Below, piece after piece: positions 29,595 to 39,266 of a DNA stretch of 64,000 nt; the first letter of the stretch is position 1; each line of letters opens with the position of its first letter. The notes beneath the pieces are model-generated. The model worked only from the letters and a program-made list of their open reading frames with translations. It was not told the DNA's origin and made no database searches. The stretch is from positions 7,607-71,606 of the forward strand of contig CANQZJ010000003.1 in assembly GCA_947628315.1 (NCBI GenBank), given 5' to 3'. Source of the stretch: an uncultured Oscillospiraceae bacterium (GTDB lineage Bacteria > Bacillota > Clostridia > Oscillospirales > Oscillospiraceae). Made by a program: the position numbers and the translations under genes.

Positions 29595-30007
29595 TTTTCA
29601 ATCTCCTCCATATCCTCCGTAAAATATCTGACGGGCATTCCGCGTCTGCAGGCGGCTTCGATTTCTCCCTTCATCCCGTCCGAAATCCTGCCGCCAAAAC
29701 ACCATAATTCTCTGCAACGTGTCAATATGATCCCGCCCATGTGCAGAGCAAGATCTCTTTCGGTCTCTTCTGAAATAAACTGTGGGAAAAGCAGATGCAC
29801 CGCCAGAGGCACGGCGCCTTTATCTACGGCGAACCGGCAGTATCTTCTTGCGGCAGCGGTATTGCTTTCAATGTCCCCGGCATAAGGGGAGCAGATATAT
29901 ACGACTGGCATAAAGCCTTTGTTTTTCTTTTCTTCTTTTTCTATTGAGCGGAAAGCTTCATATGCCGTGGGACCGGCATAGCTTTCCGAATTTCTGTATT
30001 CCGCCAT
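29591..30007 (-). CDS. DUF4406-like (nucleoside deoxyribosyltransferase-fold) protein
   Basis: VYICSPYAGD, ISDGMKGEI. Confidence 0.75.
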   Translation of the reverse strand: MAEYRNSESYAGPTAYEAFRSIEKEEKKNKGFMPVVYICSPYAGDIESNTAAARRYCRFAVDKGAVPLAVHLLFPQFISEETERDLALHMGGIILTRCRELWCFGGRISDGMKGEIEAACRRGMPVRYFTEDMEEIEK

Positions 30008-30026
30008 AACGGCGTCCTCCTTTTCG

Positions 30027-32015
30027 TCAGTCTTTTTTGTAAAATTCACATTCATAACCGTCTGCTCTCAGTTTTAAGCCTTCCGCCCAGGGAGGAGTAC
30101 GACCCATCTGTTCGCAGACAGCTTTAAGCGATACATCTCTATCGGCTTCAATTACGATTTCATCATGCACAGTCATAACAATATCGCTGCATCGGAGTGT
30201 GTTCATCGCGTAGCAGAGAATATCTCTTGATATTGCCTGAACGATGTTTTCCACCAGTTTCGGGCCGTAGGTGTCGAGCTGCTCCCATTTCTTTGTGCCG
30301 CCGACGCCCTCGTAGGTGATGCAGTCTCCGCCGAATTGGTTGACTCCGATTTTCGGTTTGACATACGCAAGCCGTCTGCCAGACGGCAGCGTGATAAACA
30401 GCATTCCGCTTTGGTAAGCGAACTTTATGCCTTTGACTTCGTCGGCAGTTCTGTTCCTTACCGCATTCATCGCCGCGGAATCTATCTGCCACCAGAAACG
30501 GACGATATTTTGATTTGCGTTTCTCCACGATGTAACAAGCGGCTGCAGTTCCTCTTCAGCAAGTCCCATCTCAAGAGCGCCCATTGCTTTCAGGGCGCCG
30601 ACGGATCCGCCGTAGCCGAGCGCCAACTCCGCAATCTTGCCCTTCTGCCGCAGATGTCCGTTGACGCCGTGTTTTTCAACGGGGACTTTGAACATCTGAC
30701 TCGCTGAAGCGCAGTAGATATCGCCGCCGCTTTCAAAAACGTCCTGCCGCCATTTTTCACCGGCAAGCCACGCAAGCACACGGGCTTCGATGGCGGAGAA
30801 GTCGGATACGATAAATTTGCGGTCTTTCTTTGGAATGAATGCGGTTCTGACAAGCTGTGAAAGCGTGTCCGGCACATCGCCGTAGAGCATCTCAACCGCA
30901 TCGTAGTTGCCGGAACGTACCAACGCTCTCGCTTCGGATAAATCCGGGAGATGGTTCTGAGGAAGGTTTTGCAATTGAACAAGTCTTCCCGCCCAGCGGC
31001 CGGTTCTGTTGGCTCCGTAGAACTGAAACATCCCTCTCGCTCTGCCGTCAGCGCAGACGGCGTTTTCCATTGCCTGATATTTTTTGACCGATGATTTAGC
31101 GAGCTGCTGCCGCAACATCAACACTTTTTGCAGTTCCTTCGGCGCGGTTTTGAGCATAGCCGCCATTTCCTTTTTACCGAGAGAAGCCGCTTCGAGCCCG
31201 TTGACCGACAGCCATTGTTTCATCTGCTGCACGGAATTCGGGTTTTCAAGGTTGGTCAGTTCCTTCATGGCGGCGGTGAGTTCCTGCCTTGACCGTGTAT
31301 CCATTGCGATAGCATGACGCACCAGTTCCATGTCGACTGCCACGCCTCTGTCATTGATTTCCTGATCGATGCGGTATTGGGCCCACACCTCATCCGGCAC
31401 GGGAAATTTTGAGAGCTTCCGCTGAATCGACATTTCAACCTCAACATCGCGCCTGTTATACTGCCTGAACAAGTCCCATTTGTCCGGTGCATCGGATGGA
31501 AAGTTTCTTGTTCTGCCGCCGTTTGATTTTGTCGGCGCACAGGGCTTGCAGAAATATTTGACGAGCTCTTTGCCTTCGGTCAGTTTCTGTTTTTCAAGTC
31601 CGAGCACCGCGCCGGAGCCTTCAAGCGATAACGGCAGCCCCATATACGCCGACCATACCATGGAGCACCGCCAGCTCTCGGGGTTGAGATACCGTGCGCA
31701 CTCCGCCGACAGCGGATGCCGGTCATGAAACGGGTCAAGGTATACGCCTGCATCCGAAAGGAAACGGGAGAGACAGACCCTCTCAAAGTTTGCGTTATAT
31801 GCCCACTTGACAACGGAATCGTTCGTCAATGTATCAATGATTTCATCCGGTATTTTTTCGCCGTTTGCCAAATCAACGACATGAACTTCGCCGCCGTCAA
31901 CCGCATACCCGAACAGCAGTATTTCAAAGTCGTCCGACTCCGCGTATTTGTACACACCGCATTTGGCGAGATCTACGCCGCTGTATGTTTCGATATCTAT
32001 ACTCAGTGTCTTCAT
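30027..32015 (-). CDS. Phage DNA polymerase, family A
   Basis: DIETY exonuclease, RTGRWAG, DFSAIEARV, KIAELALGYG, VHDE. Confidence 0.93.
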   Translation of the reverse strand: MKTLSIDIETYSGVDLAKCGVYKYAESDDFEILLFGYAVDGGEVHVVDLANGEKIPDEIIDTLTNDSVVKWAYNANFERVCLSRFLSDAGVYLDPFHDRHPLSAECARYLNPESWRCSMVWSAYMGLPLSLEGSGAVLGLEKQKLTEGKELVKYFCKPCAPTKSNGGRTRNFPSDAPDKWDLFRQYNRRDVEVEMSIQRKLSKFPVPDEVWAQYRIDQEINDRGVAVDMELVRHAIAMDTRSRQELTAAMKELTNLENPNSVQQMKQWLSVNGLEAASLGKKEMAAMLKTAPKELQKVLMLRQQLAKSSVKKYQAMENAVCADGRARGMFQFYGANRTGRWAGRLVQLQNLPQNHLPDLSEARALVRSGNYDAVEMLYGDVPDTLSQLVRTAFIPKKDRKFIVSDFSAIEARVLAWLAGEKWRQDVFESGGDIYCASASQMFKVPVEKHGVNGHLRQKGKIAELALGYGGSVGALKAMGALEMGLAEEELQPLVTSWRNANQNIVRFWWQIDSAAMNAVRNRTADEVKGIKFAYQSGMLFITLPSGRRLAYVKPKIGVNQFGGDCITYEGVGGTKKWEQLDTYGPKLVENIVQAISRDILCYAMNTLRCSDIVMTVHDEIVIEADRDVSLKAVCEQMGRTPPWAEGLKLRADGYECEFYKKD

Positions 32016-32184
32016 GGGTATCCTTTCCACAGTCCGAAAGGGTGGCGCGTCGTCGTCGCAAGCTCCATATCGTTCGTTTCCACGCAAGCGTGAAAAGCTC
32101 ACTCATTTCGCTGCTTCTCCTCTCCCCAAAAGGTCATGCTGACCTTTCGGGGACCCCGATGCCCCGCCACCCCGGACCGATTCC

Positions 32185-32379
32185 TTATTTGTCGAGATAT
32201 TCCTTCATTCTCGCTTCGTGATACTCAAGGTCGCGCTTGTTCTTTTCTCTGTCGTACTTGATTTCGGTTCTTGTGCTGATGAACATACCGATACCGGCAG
32301 CAGCCCATGCAAGCATCACAATTCAGGTGCAAATGATAAGAACATTTCCGAGAACAGGAGATACAGTAATTTCACTCAT
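32185..32379 (-). pseudogene. Small membrane protein with in-frame TGA
   Basis: MSEITVSPVLGNVLIICT*IVMLAWAAAG...RDLEYHEARMKEYLDK; TGA at 32323-32325. Confidence 0.6.
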
Positions 32380-32392
32380 TGTCCGAACCTCC

Positions 32393-32965
32393 TCAAGCCA
32401 GGAAATCTTCATCGGCGTCGGTCGCAAAGTCGGAAGCCGCGCTTGCCTTGCCGCCGAGAGGTTCGCCGTCGCGGATCTTCTGAAGATTATTCAGACCGCA
32501 GGCGATGCCTTTGTTGCCGTTGGAATTAAATGCATAAAAGTTGATCGAGGCTCTGCCGTAAACGCCGCTGTACACCTCGGAACGGGTGAGGATCGGGTTG
32601 CAGTCTGCGTCGACAATGCCGGGAGCGGTAGACGAGTTTGCGTTAATGAACCAGCTGTCCGCATATGCCGGATCGTCCGGTCTTTCGGTATCACCGTCGC
32701 GAAGGGGCGTCTTGATCGCCGTAAGGGGCGGGACGGAACGGCCGTTGCCTTTGAGCTTTGCCTGTCCCTCTTCATAGGCGGCTTTGATCGCAGCCTTGAT
32801 TTTCTGAACTGTAGCTGTATCGGATTTCGGAATGATGAGCGAGACGCTGAACTTCGGCGCTCCGCCGTTGATGGATTTCGCTTCCCATACGTTTGCGTAT
32901 GACCAGCGTGTGTCTTTGCCTGTGATAACCTTCATGGGGTTCGCAAGTTTCGTAGAATTTGACAT
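32393..32965 (-). CDS. DUF2815 ssDNA-binding protein
   Basis: RWSYANVWE, PLRDGD, YSGVY, GLNNLQ; acidic tail. Confidence 0.88.
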   Translation of the reverse strand: MSNSTKLANPMKVITGKDTRWSYANVWEAKSINGGAPKFSVSLIIPKSDTATVQKIKAAIKAAYEEGQAKLKGNGRSVPPLTAIKTPLRDGDTERPDDPAYADSWFINANSSTAPGIVDADCNPILTRSEVYSGVYGRASINFYAFNSNGNKGIACGLNNLQKIRDGEPLGGKASAASDFATDADEDFLA

Positions 32966-34093
32966 TTAATTGTCCTCCTTGAAATCATCAGTAATTGTTG
33001 TCATTTCCGGTCTTTTATCGCTTTCCGGCGCAAGCGTCGGCTTGCCTTGCGGCTTTGTCACATAGCTGCCGAGAATCTCGTTGAATTGTTTTCTGCCGAG
33101 AAGAGAAGTCATAGCCGTTACTCCGAGAAGCTTATGTTCATACGGATCGAATCCGGCTTCCTTTACAGCCGCAATGACCGCATCCTCGTCTGTGTATTTA
33201 CGGTTGGAGCGGCCTTCAACGAGTTTGTAGCCGTTCCATTTCTTTCCGCTGATGGCGGCTCTGAGCGCATAGTCCTTTATGTCGTTCGCCCAGGAGGTCA
33301 GCTCGTCAAGTTTGCCGAGAATCTCTTCGACCTCGTCATCCGTCAAAAGCGGCGGCTGTCTGAATTCGAATGCGGCAAGTTCCATATTCGCTTCCGCTCT
33401 TTTTCTGCAGTCGGCTTTCGCTTTGCAGAACTGGCACCATTCTCCGCAGCGGTATTCGCCGCCGCCAATGAAAGCAAGCTCTGCGGCGGGAGTCAAAACA
33501 TTCTCCGCCCAGTCGTAAAGCTCATCTTTCGGAATAGTATAAGTACTGACATTTGAGCGTCTCGGCTGGTAAATCGTCATGCTGACAGTGGCAATGTCGT
33601 AGATGCAGTCAAACAGTTCCAGCGCACCGAGAGCGTAAAGCTTCATCTGCGGATTGTCTTCGGCTTCGATCAAAACGCCTCTGCCGTGTTTATAATCCAC
33701 GATGTGCAGCGTACCATCCGCAATGATAACGCAGTCGCCCGTACCAAACCCCTCCTCGACATACTTTGAGTAGTCAAGGCGCTGTTCAATCAGCGCCACG
33801 GGATCGGCGCAGTGCTTTTTCGCTTCTTCAACAAGTTCCAGCACAAAAGCAGCATAACCGTTAGCGCAGTCTTCCATTTCGGAACTGTACCAGGACAGGT
33901 CATTTGTCGGATCGTCAGCCTTAATACCGAGAGCTGTTTTCAGCTTGTACTCGCAAAGCGCATGAGCGTCTGTGCCTTCGGCTGCGAAGTCGCTGCCTTT
34001 ATCATCGTAGTTTTCACACAGTCTCGCTGAAGGCGGACAGTTAAGCCACCTGTGGGATGAGGAAGCGGACAGTAAAGCGTGATTACCCGGCAT
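32966..34093 (-). CDS. DUF2800 Cas4-like PD-(D/E)XK exonuclease
   Basis: HALLSASS.HRWLNC, GTGD, DYKHG, QMKLYALG, CQFC. Confidence 0.88.
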   Translation of the reverse strand: MPGNHALLSASSSHRWLNCPPSARLCENYDDKGSDFAAEGTDAHALCEYKLKTALGIKADDPTNDLSWYSSEMEDCANGYAAFVLELVEEAKKHCADPVALIEQRLDYSKYVEEGFGTGDCVIIADGTLHIVDYKHGRGVLIEAEDNPQMKLYALGALELFDCIYDIATVSMTIYQPRRSNVSTYTIPKDELYDWAENVLTPAAELAFIGGGEYRCGEWCQFCKAKADCRKRAEANMELAAFEFRQPPLLTDDEVEEILGKLDELTSWANDIKDYALRAAISGKKWNGYKLVEGRSNRKYTDEDAVIAAVKEAGFDPYEHKLLGVTAMTSLLGRKQFNEILGSYVTKPQGKPTLAPESDKRPEMTTITDDFKEDN

Positions 34094-34385
34094 CTGTCAG
34101 TTCCTCCGCATCCCGGAGCAGGGCTTTGTAATTTGCGGGATCGACCGCCGAAAGCCTGTCCGCTCCGTATTTTTGAAGCAGTTCTCTGATTTGCGCCGTA
34201 AACCCGTCTCTTGACTTGTTTGCCAGAACCGCTCTGACCTCTTCCAGCGTGAGCGGCTTTTCGGTATCACCGGATGTTTCCCCACCACAGAAAGAAGATA
34301 AAAGGTGATCGGCAATCAAGTTAATAGAAGCAGCGGTATCGCGCAGTTCCTTGATGACGGCGTCCATTTCGCTCATTTTGCCCAT
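34083..34385 (-). CDS. Phage hypothetical protein
   Basis: LTLEEVRAVLA.KSR.G motif. Confidence 0.75.
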   Translation of the reverse strand: MGKMSEMDAVIKELRDTAASINLIADHLLSSFCGGETSGDTEKPLTLEEVRAVLANKSRDGFTAQIRELLQKYGADRLSAVDPANYKALLRDAEELTDAG

Positions 34386-34530
34386 TGTATTTTCCTCCTT
34401 CCGTTGATTGACTGCTGCGGCTGAGCCTGATCAGCTTTCCGGCTAAACGCTTTGATACCACGCTTATCGCCGTCAGCACACCGATAAGCTCTTCATCGGT
34501 TACAGCCGCATTCGCTTTGAGCTCATTCAT
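34321..34530 (-). CDS. Phage hypothetical protein
   Basis: RBS GGAGG; DEELIGVLTAISVVSKRLA. Confidence 0.6.
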   Translation of the reverse strand: MNELKANAAVTDEELIGVLTAISVVSKRLAGKLIRLSRSSQSTEGGKYNGQNERNGRRHQGTARYRCFY

Positions 34531-34647
34531 GGATTTTCCTCCTTCCGGGGACGATTCGTGTTTTGCTGTCCTCACTTCCCACCGGTCATGAAGGAACGGT
34601 TTGAACGAAAAAATCAAAAAATATTTTTGCGACTGCCGTAACCCGAA

Positions 34648-35150
34648 TCAGATAAAGTCTTTCAATGCTTCACGCAGAACGGAAAACGCTTTGTTCTTTT
34701 TGTAGTTGACGGTCGACTGGCGCAGTCCCATTTCGGCGGCGATTTCACGCTCAGTTTTATCCTGCATAATAAGCTCACAGATGCGTTTGCCGTCCGGGTC
34801 GAGCTTTTCAAGCTCTTCATGAAGCACTGTAAAGAGATCTGCAAGCACCATGGTTTCTTCAATATCCACGGAATCATCTGGAATCGTGTTGATGATTGCA
34901 CAGGCATTGGCACCTTCACCGACCTCGGCGTCAATCGATATGTATCTGCTGTTGGCGCATTGAAACTCACATGAACCGCAATCCATATCGCACAACCACC
35001 ATTTCGAACCGGGACACTTGCAAAAACCGCGTCTGATCTGTTTTTTCTGAACAGATCGATTTCGCGGAAATACGCTTTTTGAAACTCTTCACTGACGGAT
35101 ACCCACCGTTTTTCCGCCTTCAGATAGATTTGAGATTTGTTATTTGACAT
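34648..35150 (-). pseudogene. Sigma-70 region 4-like regulator, split by a frameshift in an A6 run
   Basis: N-part MSNNK...FRK; -1 frame KQIRRGFCKCP..WLCDMDC..C...TEREIAAEMG; slip at 35040-35046. Confidence 0.75.
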
Positions 35151-35313
35151 AAAAATTTCCTCCTTGGATTTTCAAAAAAATTGATTTGATGGTTTCTTTG
35201 AAATCCGCAGAGGATGCCGTCCGTAGAAATGAAAAAACGGCCAAAGACACAGTTACCCCATAAGGAATAGCCATGTCCCTGGCCGTCAAGCAGCTCTGCG
35301 GACTTCTATTTAA

Positions 35314-35523
35314 TTAATTCGGAATTTCACAGCTGTCAACTGACATTTCCGAGTTGCTCTTTCTGGTGACGATCGTTCTTACCCCTTCCCGTTCAACTGT
35401 GAACTCGCCACCGACCGCAAGCGTAGTTTTTGTAAGTTGTCTTTTATACACGGCCTCAACAAGACCGAGTTCGGGCTCTGCTTTGCAAACCAGATGCCCT
35501 CTACAATCACGGATATCCGTCAT
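35314..35523 (-). CDS. Hypothetical protein
   Basis: RBS GAGGTG; 69 aa. Confidence 0.6.
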   Translation of the reverse strand: MTDIRDCRGHLVCKAEPELGLVEAVYKRQLTKTTLAVGGEFTVEREGVRTIVTRKSNSEMSVDSCEIPN

Positions 35524-35656
35524 TAACCACCTCTTTCTGCATTACAATCACAAGCAAACACCTCCTCAAAATAATTTTAGAGAAAAACAAAAAGCGCCTG
35601 GCAAGTAACACCAAAAAGGTGTATACCCGCCAGGCGTTGGTAGTTATGATAATCAG

Positions 35657-35830
35657 TCATACTCCGATTTGCTCAGTGCGAACTTTCTTTTTCTTAAATT
35701 CGACCAGTATAATGTTACCGCACCGTTGGCATTTTATTTTGATCGCACCCACGGTCTCTGGTATAAAATCAAACATCCGTTTGTTTTTGCAACAGGGACA
35801 CGCGACCGGGATATTGTATTTTTCGGTCAT
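35657..35830 (-). CDS. Small zinc-ribbon protein (Com-like), 57 aa
   Basis: MTEKYNIPVACPCCKNKRMFD...IKCQRCG; RBS AGGAGG; not in ORF track. Confidence 0.7.
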   Translation of the reverse strand: MTEKYNIPVACPCCKNKRMFDFIPETVGAIKIKCQRCGNIILVEFKKKKVRTEQIGV

Positions 35831-35841
35831 GCGCATCCTCC

Positions 35842-37056
35842 TTATTCACTGATCGGTTTGATATTCAGTTGTATTACTCTGCTTTCCGGCTCTTGTTCCG
35901 GTTCAATAGTTCCTTCCTTAAGTCCCAGAATATCCGACAAATCTTTATCGGCCAAATAGATGCCCGCCTGCGCCAGCCTAATTCTTAATTCATGCGAATC
36001 AAGGTATGCGCCTTCAAACAGAGTATCAAGTGTACTTTGAAAAATCGTGCTGTTCAACTCGCCGGGGACATCTCCGGGTTCATTTTTTCTCCAACCGTTT
36101 TGAGATATCTGTCTAATCATGTAAGAGAACTGATTACCTGATATGATTTCGAGTTGACGTGCCCGGTACATCATTGCCTGCATGGAAACACGCCATTTTT
36201 TCTTTAGATGCCTGTAATAATTGATTTCCGTTGCGTATGGCAATACATCTCTTGTAAAAGAGGACTTTGGCAAAAGCAGAGCACTTGCAAACATATTTGC
36301 CTGTTTCTCTCTGGCGTTAAACGCATCCTTATCAAGGTATTCATTGCTTTCTTCCCATGGGTGGAGCAGGATATGTCCAAGTTCATGCGCCATATCAAAA
36401 CGCAGTCTCTCAATTGGCTTTTCTCCAAGAGCAAGTGCTATTACATATACGTATCCCTGCTCCTGACCTTCCCCGATTCTCACCTTCTGACTGAAAGCAT
36501 CAATTTCCGATGCTGCGTTTCTCGTGCTTGTAACGATAATGCCATTGGACTCAAGAACATACTGCATGTTGTCAATTGGGCCGTTGCCGAGCTTCCACTG
36601 TATTCGAACCTGGTCTGCAGCATCTTCTATCTGTTGCAGCATTTCCGGAGAATCAACCGTTGAGAGATCATCATTTTGCTCAGAGCGTACTTTCGGCAAA
36701 TTCAGCATAGGCAACTCAACATAATCTGTCAGCACATCATATATTTTGGCGACGTATTCCATTTTGACCATTTGAGCTCTTTGAGATGTTTTTGTCGCTG
36801 CCGCCTGTGAACGAAAATAAATATTGTCGGTAGCGGTAGTACAAAGATCCTCAACCATAAAATAATCTGTCGGGAAATCAAGCGCATGCGCAATCTTGAC
36901 TACATTTTCATAAGGTGGTACATTAGACTCGTTCGCATAATTTGAAAGAGACTGTTTGCTTATTTCTGTTTTGCCTGCGAGTTCAGTCAATCTCATTTCC
37001 CTGAACTGTAAGGCCTCTTTTAACCTTGCGCCATTGAATTTCTTTCTATTCATCAT
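35842..37056 (-). CDS. XRE HTH + ImmA/IrrE metallopeptidase fusion
   Basis: N-terminal HTH; RFDMAHELGH; EKQANMFASALLLP. Confidence 0.92.
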   Translation of the reverse strand: MMNRKKFNGARLKEALQFREMRLTELAGKTEISKQSLSNYANESNVPPYENVVKIAHALDFPTDYFMVEDLCTTATDNIYFRSQAAATKTSQRAQMVKMEYVAKIYDVLTDYVELPMLNLPKVRSEQNDDLSTVDSPEMLQQIEDAADQVRIQWKLGNGPIDNMQYVLESNGIIVTSTRNAASEIDAFSQKVRIGEGQEQGYVYVIALALGEKPIERLRFDMAHELGHILLHPWEESNEYLDKDAFNAREKQANMFASALLLPKSSFTRDVLPYATEINYYRHLKKKWRVSMQAMMYRARQLEIISGNQFSYMIRQISQNGWRKNEPGDVPGELNSTIFQSTLDTLFEGAYLDSHELRIRLAQAGIYLADKDLSDILGLKEGTIEPEQEPESRVIQLNIKPISE

Positions 37057-37077
37057 TCATTTTGCAAAACGGCTTTT

Positions 37078-37851
37078 TTAATCACGTTTCGCTGCCTCCT
37101 CTTCTTCTTTGGTGTATATTTCTGCCTTCTTCTCGGGTTCATTCGAATTTTTACTCTTTATTCCGGCTTTGACTCTGACAAGGCTGTGTGAATCCCTGAC
37201 TTTGGGTTCGCTTTCCTCAACGGGAACCGCAGAAGTCAAGGTTCCAAAGTCGGGACGTAACATATCCATAAGAGAAGTTTCTTCGACCAGATCAAGATCC
37301 TTATCCAAAAGCATAAGAGAAATACTTTTAATCTCAAAATTTTCCGCCTCATATGCTACGGTATAATGATGATAGCCATTATACTGACTCCGCGCCATAT
37401 CAACGATGCTTTCAAAATCGGCGCTATATTCATCCTCGGAAAAATCGTCTGAAAGGTCAAATCCATCAAGAGCAATTTGCTTGCAGGGAGAAACAAGATC
37501 GCCGTTAAGAACATGGCACATGGATGAGAGGTAATGCGGGCGATTTCTTTTCCTTGAATTTTTTATTCTGTCAATTGTACCTCTTGAGGATACGTTGATG
37601 GTTACCTGGTTTTCTCTGTCAATAATAAACACTCCCATCCAGGAAAAGCGTTTGAAATGCTTCAGCTCCAAATTGTCCTTCCCGGCTACGACCATATTAC
37701 GAATGTTGGTGTTTATATAGTCGCCTCTAAGGTGTATGAGTGCATTATGTGTGTCGGTGTTGCTCTCATTAAGATAGGTTCGTGTATCAAATCCCACGGC
37801 CTTGGCTATTGCTTTTACAATGTTTTCCAGATCTTTACTGTTGATTGTCAT
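37078..37851 (-). CDS. Uncharacterised protein (DUF5986-like) upstream of XRE-ImmA
   Basis: 257 aa co-oriented ORF; family assignment tentative. Confidence 0.6.
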   Translation of the reverse strand: MTINSKDLENIVKAIAKAVGFDTRTYLNESNTDTHNALIHLRGDYINTNIRNMVVAGKDNLELKHFKRFSWMGVFIIDRENQVTINVSSRGTIDRIKNSRKRNRPHYLSSMCHVLNGDLVSPCKQIALDGFDLSDDFSEDEYSADFESIVDMARSQYNGYHHYTVAYEAENFEIKSISLMLLDKDLDLVEETSLMDMLRPDFGTLTSAVPVEESEPKVRDSHSLVRVKAGIKSKNSNEPEKKAEIYTKEEEEAAKRD

Positions 37852-38035
37852 ATCAAATCTCCTGTTTTCTTAGTTTGTCAAATAGATTTTCTAATTCATC
37901 TATAATTGCACATATATTTTTACATAATTATCGCGATTTGTCAAGTGCTTTTTGAAAATATTTTTAATTCGTCAATCGCCAATGGCATGCAGAAGAGTGG
38001 CGGGAAAAATATTATACCAAAATCAACCCATGTTA

Positions 38036-38064
38036 TTGAAAAAACGAAAAACTCATGGTATAAT
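38036..38064 (+). promoter_or_regulatory. Promoter of the RM operon
   Basis: TTGAAA-17-TATAAT with TG extension; flanked by TATACCAAA/TTTGGTATA inverted repeat. Confidence 0.7.
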
Positions 38065-38105
38065 GGGAATGGTTTGGTATAGATTTATTCCCAGAGGTGG
38101 TTAAA

Positions 38106-39266
38106 ATGTCAAAACAGGTTCACGTCCGCATGGACGATTCATTATACGAGGCGCTCTCCGAGTACACGGGGACGACTGGGCAGTCCGTTCAGGATTGTAT
38201 TTCCGTTGCCATCATGCAGATGCTCGGCAGGCAAAAGAGCGAACAGCCGCCTCATAACGCCGACTTCACGTTTATTGATCTTTTTGCCGGAATTGGCGGT
38301 ATGCGCATCGCTTTTGAGCAGGCGGGAGGTCATTGCGTCTATTCAAACGAGTGGAACAAATACAGTCAGCAGACCTACTTTGCAAACTTCGGCGATCAGC
38401 CGGACGGCGACATTACAAAAGTGGACGCTGAGACGATCCCCGATCATGACATTCTCGTGGCGGGTTTCCCATGCCAGCCTTTCTCCATAGCGGGCGTTTC
38501 CAAGAAGCAGAGCCTCGGCCGTGCGACGGGCTTTGAAGATAAGACGCAGGGAACTCTGTTCTTTGATGTCTGCCGTATCCTAAAGGCGAAAAGACCGAAA
38601 GCGTTCCTGCTTGAGAACGTGAAGAACCTGTGCAGTCACGACAGAGGCCGCACCTTCAAGGTAATCAGAGAGGCGCTCGATGAGCTCGACTATGAGGTCT
38701 ATTATCAGGTAATCGACGGACAGGCGTTCGTGCCGCAGCACCGCGAGAGAATACTGATTGTCGGCTTCGACCGCAAACGTTATCTGCCGGAGAATATCCA
38801 GTTCGAGTTCAATATCGTTCCGAAAGACCCGAAGCCGGTTATGAGCGATATTCTCGAAGCAGACGTAGCTGAGAAATACACGCTCTCTGACAAGCTCTGG
38901 AACTATCTGCAGGACTACGCTGCGAAGCACAAGGCGGCGGGAAACGGTTTCGGCTACGGTCTGGCTCCCGTTGACGGTGTGTCCCGTACTCTCAGCGCAA
39001 GGTACTACAAGGACGGCTCCGAGATACTGATCGCCCAGAAAAACAAAAATCCCCGGCGACTGACGCCGAGGGAGTGTGCGCGCCTGCAGGGGTTCCCGGA
39101 CACCTTCAAGATTCCCGTGTCCGATACGCAGGCATATAAGCAGTTTGGCAATTCCGTGGTCGTTCCGCTTATGAGTGCCGTCGCAAAGCTGATGGCTACA
39201 GAGATGGAACGGCTGGATATGATTTCAGAACAACAGCAACTTATGGGGGTAGTGGCATATGGATAA
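38106..39266 (+). CDS. dcm: DNA cytosine-5 methyltransferase (Dcm/M.EcoRII-like) with N-terminal RHH
   Basis: FAGIGG, GFPCQPFS, ENV, TLSARYYKDGSEIL, QFGNSV. Confidence 0.93.
   Translation: MSKQVHVRMDDSLYEALSEYTGTTGQSVQDCISVAIMQMLGRQKSEQPPHNADFTFIDLFAGIGGMRIAFEQAGGHCVYSNEWNKYSQQTYFANFGDQPDGDITKVDAETIPDHDILVAGFPCQPFSIAGVSKKQSLGRATGFEDKTQGTLFFDVCRILKAKRPKAFLLENVKNLCSHDRGRTFKVIREALDELDYEVYYQVIDGQAFVPQHRERILIVGFDRKRYLPENIQFEFNIVPKDPKPVMSDILEADVAEKYTLSDKLWNYLQDYAAKHKAAGNGFGYGLAPVDGVSRTLSARYYKDGSEILIAQKNKNPRRLTPRECARLQGFPDTFKIPVSDTQAYKQFGNSVVVPLMSAVAKLMATEMERLDMISEQQQLMGVVAYG

Larger units (their letters stand above)
1..35830 (-). mobile_element. Prophage (HK97-like siphovirus, Clostridia-type), partial and probably decaying
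   Basis: Co-oriented tail-head-terminase-HNH-helicase-primase-PolA gene order; left end runs out of the window; right boundary approximate, no att site identified. Confidence 0.93.

Noticed and set aside
10671-32379. Alternative genetic code explaining the in-frame stops
   Set aside because: The stops are of different types (TAA, TGA), rare, and those codons terminate most other genes normally
147-34030. Many plus-strand ORFs overlapping phage genes
   Set aside because: Antisense shadows without RBS or motifs; only 1601, 12780, 18570 and 23517 are supported
32966-34093. cas4 of a CRISPR system
   Set aside because: DUF2800-type phage exonuclease in the replication module; no cas1/cas2 or array
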